Origin: Octopus bimaculoides | Lineage: Eukaryota | DNA length: 34,884 bases | Assembly: GCF_001194135.2 (NCBI RefSeq) | Contig: NC_068984.1 | Span: forward strand, 141,683,515 to 141,718,398 | Direction of reading: 5' to 3' | Shown: positions 11,651-22,290 of the stretch, in pieces | How positions within the stretch are numbered: the first letter of the stretch is position 1 | Layout: every line of letters begins with the position of its first letter | The notes under the pieces: generated by a model | Told to the model about the DNA's origin: nothing | Seen by the model: only the letters and a program-made list of their open reading frames with translations | Databases searched by the model: none | Translations under genes and position numbers: made by a program

Positions 11651-12577
11651 CTGCAAAGACAAAACAAAACATCATCATCATCATCATCAACATCAACATC
11701 ACCACCACCACCACCGCTTCCTGTCCCTTCTCAAACATTATCATCATTATTATTATTATCACCAACATCACTGTTATTGTCACACATCATTATTATTATT
11801 ATTATTATTGTTATTATCAGTTTCAGTCTAGGAAATCCACTCACAAAGCTTTGTTCGACTTGGGGCTATAATGGAAAACATACATACCCAAGGTGACATG
11901 TAGCAGGATTGAACCTGAAATCATTGCAGTTGGGAAGCAAACTTCTTAACCACGACCGATGCCAGTACCGCCTGACTGGCCCTTGTGCCAGTGGCACATA
12001 AAAAGCACCCACTACACTCTGGGAGTGGTTGGCATTAGGAAGAGCATCCAGCTGTAGAAACTTTACCGAATTTGATTGGAGCCTGGTGCAGCCTTCTGGC
12101 TTGCCAGCCCTCAGTCAAACTGTCCAACCCATGCCAGCATGGAAAGTGGACGTTAAACGACGATGATGATGATGACAGTCACACCTGTGCCAACATCATA
12201 ATCCTCATCATACATCATCATTAAACAACACCATGACTGAACTCCCTTTGTATCCTAAACAATCCATCACACACAGACGCACACACACACACACACACAC
12301 ACACGTTCCGGAAGCAAGCACAGCAATTCTTCCCCAATCTCCACCTTTGGTTCCACACACTCAGCTACCACAATCACCTGACAAACAATTCCTCAACTTT
12401 CCACAGGACCACCACCTCCAAATGATTGTTTCAATATACTCACTCACGCATCAATGAAGAATTCAAAAACCAAAATATTTTCACAAAAAAAAAACAAAAA
12501 CATATTCACAAAAATGTCTAATAGAACTGCATCACCAGGAAATAGAAAGATCTTCAGAATTCAACATTTCTGTACAA

Positions 12578-13303
12578 CATCGGTTCTCAAAGTGGATGCT
12601 ACCACCACCCCCCGGTGGGTATTGCGATGGTCCAGTGGGTGCTGGTGCCTAAGAGAGCGATAGAGAAAAAGGAGGCGCTGGGAAGAAGGCAGTGGATTGG
12701 GGGTCACTATGAATTTATTATAATATTATTATAGTATTGTATACAAATTATATAATATTATAAGGAGTGGCTGTGTGGTAAGTAGCTTGCTTACCAACCA
12801 CATGGTTCCGGGTTCAGTCCCACTGCATGGCATCTTGAGCAAGTGTCTCCTACTATAGCCACGGGCCGACCAAAGTCTTGTGAGTAGATTTGGTAGACGG
12901 AAACTGAAAGAAGCCCGTCGTATATATGTGTATATATATATATGTGTGTGTGNNNNNNNNNNNNNNNNNNNNNNNNNNNNNNNNNNNNNNNNNNNNNNNN
13001 NNNNNNNNNNNNNNNNNNNNNNNNNNNNNNNNNNNNNNNNNNNNNNNNNNNNNNNNNNNNNNNNNNNNNNNNNNNNNNNNNNNNNNNNNNNNNNNNNNNN
13101 NNNNNNNNNNNNNNNNNNNNNNNNNNNNNNNNNNNNNNNNNNNNNNNNNNNNNNNNNNNNNNNNNNNNNNNNNNNNNNNNNNNNNNNNNNNNNNNNNNNN
13201 NNNNNNNNNNNNNNNNNNNNNNNNNNNNNNNNNNNNNNNNNNNNNNNNNNNNNNNNNNNNNNNNNGAGGTGGGGTGGGGGCCCAAAAAGTTTGAGAGCCT
13301 CTG
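12578..13303. mobile_element. Non-autonomous hAT (Charlie-like) MITE with nested SINE
   Basis: TIRs CATCGGTTCTCAA (12578) and TTGAGAGCCTCTG (ends 13303) match 10/13. The 8-bp flanks ctgtacaa / ctggacaa match 7/8 (TSD). Interior spans an N gap, so continuity depends on the scaffold. Confidence 0.75.
12763..12952 (+). mobile_element. Family-A SINE head nested in hAT MITE
   Basis: Head plus microsatellite, then gap. Confidence 0.85.
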
Positions 13304-13621
13304 CTGGACAATGGAATATTTATAGACACTTCTAAAAAACATATCCCATAAGGCAACCTAAAAGATACAAATCCAATTAAGCCAGAAATAGCCAACTTCA
13401 TAAAAAAAGCAGGGGAAAAAAAAAAGCATCTACCACAGTCCACCAACACACACAAAGCTGAAATAAAATTCAGTATGAAACAATAAAAGAAGGAAATAAC
13501 ATAGAAAATACATTACAGAAAGACAGAAAATTGGAAAATATTTGTAGCCAACATAAACCGCAAAATAAATTTAAATATAGAGTAAGTAATTAATAGCCAA
13601 ACAACTGTAACAATAACCATA

Positions 13622-13697
13622 GTCTTCTACTATAGCCCCTGGCCGACCAAAGCCTTGTGAGTGGATTTGGTAGACGGAAACTGAAGGAAGCCCATCG

Positions 13698-13738
<41 letters not shown>

Positions 13739-13962
13739 ATATGTCTGTGCGGTTGTGTTTATCGCCCCCCAACATCACTTGACAACTGATGCTGGTGTGT
13801 TTATGTTCCCATAACTTAGCAGTTCGGCAAAAGAGACCGATAGAATAAGTACTAGGCTTACAAAGAGCAAGTCCTGGGGTCGATTTGCTCGACTAAAAGG
13901 CAGTGCTCCAGCATGGCCGCAGTCAAATGACTGAAACAACTAAAAGACAAAAGAGAAAGAGA
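13622..13962 (+). mobile_element. Family-A SINE, 5'-truncated
   Basis: Starts at gtcttctactatagcc; complete 3' module. Confidence 0.85.
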
Positions 13963-14060
13963 GGTACAGTCAGTGTGTCATTAGCCTGCTGGAGGAGGTG
14001 TCTTCCTGGGGTTAAAAACAACAGCAGCATCATTCCCTGTGGGTCTGCCACATTTAGGTA

Positions 14061-14216
14061 CATTACTCATTTATTTTTATCAAAAAAATTAAAAGTTAAC
14101 AGTAAAATTATTATTATTATTATTATGATAGATGTAATATTATAAATAAGGACATTGAAAATATTAAAAATGAGACTAATTAAAAAATTTTTTTTGATAA
14201 AAATAAATGAGTAATG
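14061..14216. mobile_element. AT-rich foldback/MITE with perfect 28-bp TIRs
   Basis: cattactcatttatttttatcaaaaaaa (14061-14088) is the reverse complement of 14189-14216; interior is AT-rich. Confidence 0.7.
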
Positions 14217-15288
14217 CATGTGCTTTTTTTTTTTTCATAACAGTATACTTACTTTTGCACACACCCCACCACCAGCATATAGTATACTACATATTGGAGT
14301 AACAACAATCACATTATACCATGGTGGGGTAGGCAGTGTGGGTACACTTCTAGCTGAGAAATGGGTGGAGAAGGTGAGGTAGTCAGGGTATGCGATAGGA
14401 TGCTACTAAAACTTAGATCGGTTTTGTAATAATTATTTCTGGCGATGTCCCTCAACGGGGTCTGCCACATGAATGAAAGGATCGATTTTATAATGTATTT
14501 TTGCAGGCTACTTCAAAGAAAAACGATGCTACTGTATCTCTTAAAAAAAAAAAAGAAAAGCATTTCAATTTCTGTGACAAACAAACAAATGGTGGTTCTC
14601 AATCTTATTTACATTATATACTCACTACAAACAAAATGAAACAACACATTAGACCACATCGGCAGGAAAATGCTAAAAATGAAAGGTCACCTGGAAATAT
14701 GAATGACACAGTTGATGGCTGAAGCAAGTTTTAACCCCCAAAATCCCTGTCACAGCATAAGAAATATCCTTCAAATCTCAGACACTTATATACAAAGCTC
14801 CAGAACAGTAACAGAATACCATCCCAAAACACAATCTCTCATTCATTCAACCCAAACAAAGATCACATCTGCACAGAAATAGCTGCAAATATCAATAGTT
14901 TCTCTGGCCATAAACAATGTGTTGGGTTGTGCAGAATGAACAATAAATACAGAAGAACATGAGCCGTCACACTCTGACCTAAGTCCACCTCGCTATTTCA
15001 ATTGTTGCTGCCACTAGAATATCTGGTTGAACAGAAATAGACTGGACAATGAAGAGAGCACAATGGATCCAAAGTGCTACGCTGCACACAATATGATGCA
15101 CCACTGCATGTCACAATGGAGGTGTACGGTGCAAAGTGGGAGGGGGGGGACTTGGTATAATGAGAAAGATTAATTGGTGAGTCATGTGTTGTTGTTTGGG
15201 CAGACCATGAGGTAGCTGGATCGATGTTGACTTGAGCTTTTGGGGTTACACAACACCTACACACACACACACACACACACATGTGTGG

Positions 15289-15692
15289 AGGAGTGGCTGT
15301 GTGGTAAGTAGCTTGCTTACCAACCACTTGTTTCCGGGTTCAGTCCCACTGCATGGCATCTTGGGTAAGTGTCTTCTACTATAGTTTCGGGCCGACCAAA
15401 GCCTTGTGAGTGGATTTGGTAGACAGAAACTGAAAGAAGCCCATCGTATATATGTATAATATATGTATATATATATATGTGTTTGTGTGTCTGTGTTTGT
15501 CCCCCCAACATCACTTGACAACCGATGCTGGTGTGTTTATGTCCCCGTAACTTAGCGGTTCGGCAAAAGAGACCGATAGAATAAGTACTAGGCTTACAAA
15601 GAATAAGTCCTGGGGTTGATTTGCTCGACTAAAGGCGGTGCTCCAGCATGGCCACAGTCAAAAGACTGAAACAAGTAAAAGAGTAAAGAGAG
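15289..15692 (+). mobile_element. Family-A tRNA-derived SINE (OK-like), full-length
   Basis: A-box-like TGGCTGTGTGG and B-box-like GGTTCAGTCCC head, internal (TA)n/(TG)n tract, 3' module ending CAGTCAAAAGACTGAAACAAGTAAAAGAG. Many near-identical copies in the window. Confidence 0.9.
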
Positions 15693-16750
15693 TATGTACA
15701 TATATCAGAATTATGGCATTTGTACCTCAAAGGTAAGCCCCTGGCACTTGCCACCATCTATATCTCTCTCTTCTTTTACTCAACCAACCCATTTATCCTC
15801 TGATCCTTGTCCCTTGTGAGCATGCTCGGCACTTTGCCACCATCTCTACCCTGCCCTTTCACACTCTCTCTCTCCTTCTCCTGTTCTTCCCTCAGGTTGG
15901 GTAATGTTTTCTTTTGTGGCAACACACCTGTTTCTATTTCTCTCTCCGGCCAGGTACCCTTGTACTTCCTCTACAGCAACATACCTGTATCTGTCTCTCA
16001 GTCTCCCTATACCCTTTCATTATCCAACACAAGATCACCCCCTCCAATGCCCCCTCCACTCTGAAAAAAGATCTTTTTCTTGCCTTGCAAGTTATTTGGT
16101 GACCCTGTCAGGGCAGGTGCCACTTAAAAGCATCCAGTCCAGACTGTAAAGTGGTTGACATTTGGAAGGGCATCCAGCTGTAAAAACCTTGCCAAAACTG
16201 ACCTCGCCTGTGCTTGTGCCATATCAAAAGCACTAAGTCCACTCTGCCGAGTGGTTGGTGTTAGGAAGAGCATCCAGCTGTAAAAATCCTGCCAAAACAG
16301 TCACAGAAGTTTGATGCAGGCTTCTGCCTGGCCGGTTCTTGTCAAACCATCCCACCCAATGCCAGCACGGAAGATGGATGCTAAATGATGACAATGATGG
16401 CAATATCAGAAAGGGACTAAAAAATCCAGGCAGATATCAATAAAGAAATTTTCGTGCAATTCCACCCAGCTGTTTGACCATGAATCCCAAGACAAGAAAG
16501 AATTGCCTGTGTCAAATTTATATGTATAGATATATGTACAGAGAGACAAATGGAGCTGCACAGCTCTTCAGCTAGCCAGCTCCTGTCAACCTGTCCAACC
16601 CATACCAGCATTGTAAATGGACATTAAATGATGATGGAGATGATACATACATATATATATATATATATATATCGAATTTGAAGTCTCTGTCTCTTTTGAA
16701 TATGAAAATTTAAAAGTTAAAAACCTTATATATATATACATACATATATA

Positions 16751-16913
16751 CGACAGGCTTCTTTCAGTTTCCGTCTACCAAATCCACTCACAAGGCTTTG
16801 GTCGACCTGAGGCTATAGTAAAAGACACTTGCCCAAGGTGCCACGCAGTGGGACTGAACCCAGAACCATGTGGTTGGTAGGCAATCTACTTACCGCACAG
16901 CCACTCCTGCACC
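16751..16913 (-). mobile_element. Family-A SINE head. Similar head-only copies at about 5300-5420(-), 11820-11950(-), 17265-17392(+), 20405-20565(-), 23787-23940(-), 29197-29365(+)
   Basis: Each matches the ~160-bp head and ends at the (TA)n tract. Confidence 0.8.
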
Positions 16914-16959
16914 TATATATGTATATTTAAAAAGCACAAGGCTTAGTAGACCTGTACGG

Positions 16960-17102
16960 CTTGCTTATGCCTGCACAATTACCTTGCTTATGCCTGCACA
17001 ATTACCTTGCTTATGCCTGCACATTTNNNNNNNNNNCTTATGCCTGCACAATTACCTTGCTTATGCCTGCACAATTACCTTGCTTATGCCTGCACAATTA
17101 CC
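16960..17102. repeat. 23-bp minisatellite CTTGCTTATGCCTGCACAATTAC, about 6 units
   Basis: Near-identical units, interrupted by a 10-N gap. Confidence 0.9.
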
Positions 17103-17401
17103 TCCTAATGCTTGCAGGTGTTTCTGATGTCTGAGTGCAGACTGGAGCATCATTAATCCCGTAAAGATCAACTGTACCTTTGATCATCTTACAACTGATA
17201 AGCTAAGCCTAGATTATGGAGTATCAGCTGTACTGAGAACTCAAATGTTTTTAGATCATTCATAGGTGCAGCTGTGTGGTAAGAAGCTGGCTTCCCAATC
17301 ACACGGTCCTGGGTTCAGTTTCCAAGCATGGCCTTGTGCCGACCAAAAGCTTGCATGTGGATTTGGTGAATGGAAACTGAAAGAAGCCCATTGAGTATAT
17401 A

Positions 17402-17439
<38 letters not shown>

Positions 17440-17443
<4 letters not shown>

Positions 17444-17590
17444 GCTGAGTAAAAAGTAAGCAACGTTTTGAAACAAGAAATTCATCACAATATATTTCAA
17501 CAATGCAAAAATTTTATTCATCAAAGTAAGTACCATTGCAAGCAACACATTTTTGCCAACGAGTTACAAGTTTGTTTATTCCGGTAACAT
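17440..17590 (-). mobile_element. Mariner transposon 3' end remnant
   Basis: 17591-17514 reads YVTGINKLVTRWQKCVACNGTYFDE*, a typical mariner transposase C-terminus. A TIR-like TCAGGCTGAGTAAAAAGTAAGCAAC abuts TA in a (TA)n tract. Confidence 0.85.
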
Positions 17591-17713
17591 AAGTATATTT
17601 GCCACTTAAATGTGGCTGAGATGTTAAATGTGGAGGAGATGTTCTCCTGGGGATAAAAGCAACAGTAACATCCACCCTTAGGGGTCAGCCACATTTAAGT
17701 GGCAAATATACTT
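17591..17713. mobile_element. 123-bp MITE with perfect 29-bp TIRs
   Basis: aagtatatttgccacttaaatgtggctga (17591-17619) is the exact reverse complement of 17685-17713. A diverged partial copy lies at about 13990-14060. Confidence 0.8.
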
Positions 17714-17920
17714 CACCTATATATATATATATATATATACATATATTCTATGTGTGTGCTTTGTGTCTGTGTTTGTCCCCACCATTATCACTTGACAACT
17801 GGTGTCATCAGAACGTAAAGATGGACAAAATACCGCTAAGCATTTTTCCTGGCGTGCTAACGATTCTGCCAACTTGCCACCTTAATTATAACAAATAATA
17901 ATAATAATAATAATAATAAT

Positions 17921-18133
17921 CCTTTCTACGATAGGCACACGGTCTGAAATTTTGGGGGAAGGGGGCTAGTCGATTACATTGATCCCAGTACGCAACTGGT
18001 ACTTAATTTAATGACCCCGAAAGGATGAAAGGCAAAGTTGACTTCGACAGAATTTGAACACAGAACGTAAAGACAGACGAAATACTGCTAAGAACTTCGC
18101 CCGGCATGCTAACGTTTCTGCCAGCTTGCTACC

Positions 18134-18135
<2 letters not shown>
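17921..18135 (-). mobile_element. Family-B SINE, alternative tail. Other copies at about 3095-3260(+), 3340-3482(+), 7665-7790(+), 17809-17883(-), 24288-24487(-), 24520-24700(-), 25105-25300(+), 28371-28565(-), 29960-30125(-)
   Basis: Same head and core as 11196; flanked by (AAT)n on both sides. Confidence 0.82.
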
Positions 18136-18164
<29 letters not shown>

Positions 18165-18720
18165 CAATAATAATAACATAGTCATATTTCGTATTTCCTC
18201 ACACATAGCACAACCTTGCCTTAATGCCTTATTCCCATCCCTGCCAATATTTAACCCCTACACATATATACATACAACACACATACACACACACATATAT
18301 ATACATACACACATATACACATACAAACGTGTATATATAATATATGTATGTGTGTATGTATGTAGGATATATATATAACAGGGGGCAGACAGGCATCAAA
18401 GAGAGGGTGCTGAGAACATATGAATAAAGGATTTCCCACAAGTGTTATGGGACGGGGCAGCTGTACTCGCAAATAACAGGAGTGGAACAGAAGATGGAAA
18501 TGGTGTACGAGTAGCAGCAGCAGCATTGGTAGGGACAGTTAAGTGAAACCCTTCAAACTACATATAGCTGGAGTTGGAAAAACTATACAGATTCCAACTC
18601 CGACTCACAATATCTTCATTCTTGAATATAAACCAGTTATAACATAGAGGCTGACTCAAAGTACAAGCGTATGTATATGCTTTATGAGATATGTAGACCA
18701 CAATCACTTAATTACATGAA

Positions 18721-19150
18721 GAGGAGTCAGAGTCAGAGGTGCCAATAGTAGAGGAGTGAGAGGTACCAATAGTAGAGGAGTCAGAGGTGCCAAGTGTCGG
18801 AGTTGGAGGTGCCAATAGTAGAGGAGTCGGAGGTGGCAACAGTGTTGGGGTTGGAGGTGCCAATAGTGTCGGAGTTGGAGGTGCCAATAGTCTTGGAGTC
18901 AGAGGTGCCAATAGTGTCGGAGTCAGAGGTAGCAATAGTGTCGAGAGTCGGAGGTAGCAATAGTGTCGAGAGTCGGAGGTAGCAATAGTGTCGGAGTTGG
19001 AGTGCCAATAGTCTTCGAGTCAGAGGTGCCAATAGAAGAAGAATCAAATGTGTCAATAGTGTTGGAGTCAGAGGTGCCAATAGTAGAGGAGTCAAAGGTG
19101 CCAATAGTGTCAGAGTCAGAGGAGCCAACAGTGTCGAAGTCAGAAGTGCC
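18721..19150. repeat. 24-bp minisatellite (consensus GGAGTCAGAGGTGCCAATAGTAGA/GTC), about 17 units
   Basis: Directly visible; some units carry indels that break any reading frame. Confidence 0.92.
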
Positions 19151-19447
19151 CCAAAGGTTGCCAAAATATATTGCTTATGTTGGCTCTTTTATTTACCATC
19201 ATCTTATTCACCATCATCGTTATCATCATTAACATCTAACATCTATTTTCTACGCTGGCATGGGTTGGATGGTTAGACAGGAGCTGTCCAGCCAAAGGGC
19301 TACACAAGGTTTCAATTGTCCATTTGGGCATGGTTTCTACAGCTGGATGCCCTCCCTAATGCCAAACACTTTACAGGGTGAACTGGGTGCTTTTTCTTAT
19401 TCTACTTGCTTATCCATTAGAAGAAAAAGATTCATCATCATCATCAT

Positions 19448-19612
19448 CGGTAACATTTCCACTTATTTCTTTTTTATTTTTCTAAAATTTTCGTTGCGTC
19501 TTGCAACCTTTTCAATAGTTTTGACTCTAATAGTTTAAACTATTGAAAAGGTTGAAAAGATGCAATGAAAATTTTAGAAAAATAAAGAAGAAAATTAGTG
19601 GAAATGTTACCG
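19448..19612. repeat. Long imperfect palindrome (about 75-bp arms, 15-bp spacer)
   Basis: cggtaacatttccact...ttcaatagttt (19448-19521) pairs with aaactattgaa...agtggaaatgttaccg (19537-19612) with few mismatches. Confidence 0.9.
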
Positions 19613-21009
19613 GTGAGTTTGTTAAATTATAAGGCACCAAAAGAGAATGACTCTCCCCAGACACAACAGAATATACTTCAACACACAAACTCACATAAAG
19701 AATCTTGCAAACTAAATCCCAAAACGAAATATATATATATATATATATATAACGTGAGAGAGTTAGGGGTTGGGGGTTCAACCCACTAAGGGATAGTATC
19801 TATCCTCTAATTCCTTATGTACTTTGTACTTCTATATGTAAACCATGTTTACATATAGACACCTGTGCTTTGGTTCTTTCTTTCTTTTTCTTTTCTTCCT
19901 TTTTTTGTCACTTTTGCTATGAATTAAATTAATGAATTCAACGGGATACACCATCTGCAAGTAGTTGGGTTCAGCATATTATCCTATATATATATATACA
20001 CACAAGACCTGTTGAGTCAAGTGAAATTGTAGTCGTGGATGATGCCAGTGCTGCCTGACTGGCTCCCCATGCTGGTGACATGTAAAAAGCACCATCCAAA
20101 CGTGGTCAATGCCAGTGCCACCTGACTAGCACCTATGCCAGTGGCACATAAAAAGCACCATTGAAGTGTGGTCGATGCCAGTTCCACCTGACTGGCACCC
20201 CGTGCCAAGCACCCACTACACTCTTGGAATGGTTGGCATTAGGAAGGGCATCCAGCTGTAGAAACATTGCTAAACCAGATTGGAGCCTGGTGCAGCCTCC
20301 TGGCTTGCCAGTCTCCAGTCAAACCGTCCAACCCATGCCAGCATGGAAAACAGACGTTGAACGATGATGACGATGATGATGATATATACATATATATATT
20401 TATATGACAAGCTTCTTTCAGTTTCCATCTATTAAATCCACTTACAAGGCTTTGGTCAGCCTGAAGCTATAGTAGAAAGTAGTTGCTTAATATACTACTC
20501 GGTGGGACTGAACCTGGAACCATGTGGTTGGGAAGCAAGCTTCTTACCACACAGCCATGCCTGCAACTATATAGCAGAGTTTAATTAGGAATTCATTTAA
20601 TTAGGAACTCATTTGAATTCATTCTAGCTTTACTTTATTACAACTTTATATTAATTCTCGCATTACTAACACTACTACTGCTGCTGCTACTGTTCCTGCT
20701 GCCTTATCAAAACCACTACCACCACTACTGCAGTCATCACCATCTTTACTAGAACCACCACCACCACCACCATCACTGATACCACCAGCAAGCATCATCA
20801 CCATTACAGCCATAACCACTGGCACACAAACCATCCAACCATCTCCATCACCACCAGCACTGCCTTCATATACCTTCATTGCATGCTCCATCTTCCCTGT
20901 CATCATCATCATCATCATCAACCACCAGCACCATCATCATCATAATTACTGTCAACAACGAAGCCACATTTCTGAATTGCAAACTGTCTTCATGTGGACA
21001 GCACGTGAT

Positions 21010-21066
<57 letters not shown>

Positions 21067-21450
21067 TCACACACACACAAATTTAGTATGGACATCTCAT
21101 GGCTGTACTCTCTATTAGCAACACACACATGCAAACACACACACACACACACGGGTGTATGTATGTATAGAGATAGACATTTACACACACAAATACATGC
21201 ACACATACACACACATATACACACAAACACACACATGCAGATGTACACGTGTGTGTGTATGTATAGAGAGATAGACAAACAATTATACACACAAATACAC
21301 ACAAACATACATACATACATACATATATACATACATACATATATACATACATACATACACATGGAAATAAGCACGTACACATGTGAGTAGATAGACGCTT
21401 GCACACATGCAATGTGGACACCATGTGAATATACTCTCTCATACACATGT

Positions 21451-21482
<32 letters not shown>

Positions 21483-21834
21483 ACACACCACATCCAGCTC
21501 ATGATGCTACTGATACACACACACAAACAATCTCCCTCGCTCTCTCTTTCTCTCCGTCTTTCATACATATACATTGTTTGAGATATACATATACACACAC
21601 ACAGTGATACGCACACACATACACACTCATGCATATACACACATATAGACTTACAGACAATTATGCACTGTGTTGCACATAGGTACATATATACACACAC
21701 ACACACAATAGGGTACTGTACATTATGTATGTATACACACACAAACATACACACGTGTATACACATACAATGTTGTAGTGTTCATTACAAAATCATGGGC
21801 ACTCACACACAATGGTGTGCTGTATCTTACACAC

Positions 21835-21970
21835 ACACACACTTCGTAACGCAAAACATACACACTTCTTTCTTTCCTTCTCTCTCTACCCACACACATA
21901 CATACACTTGTACACACACATTTATACACTTATATCATCATCATCATCATCATCACAAAACATACACACG

Positions 21971-22010
<40 letters not shown>

Positions 22011-22290
22011 CACACACACACATTTCATAACGCAAAACATACACACTTCTTCCTTTCTTTCTTTCTCTTTCTACCCGCACACATACATACACTTATACAC
22101 ACACATTTACACACTTACACACATATTTCATAACACAATACATACACACACTTCTCTCTCTCTGCACACACACACAGACACACACTCACACATTTCATAA
22201 CACAAAACATACACACTTCTTTCTTTCTGTCCTTCTCTCTCTACCCACACACATACACACACTTATACACACACATTTACACACTTCTTT
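21835..22290. repeat. Three-copy ~175-bp higher-order tandem repeat within a CA/CT microsatellite field (21060-22440)
   Basis: ttcrtaacrcaaaacatacacacttct...ctaccc...cacttrtacacacacattt recurs at about 21840, 22021 and 22191. Confidence 0.8.

Noticed and set aside
15289-15360. tRNA genes at SINE heads
   Set aside because: A/B-box-like motifs are present but there is no full cloverleaf, and each continues into a SINE body.
16960-17102. CRISPR-like array
   Set aside because: Units are contiguous with no unique spacers, there are no cas genes, and the context is eukaryotic.
18708-19232. Mucin-like repeat protein (TIGTSDSS / ESEVPIVE frames)
   Set aside because: The 24-bp period explains the open frames; indels near 18792, 18955 and 19000 shift frame and no splice signals bound it.
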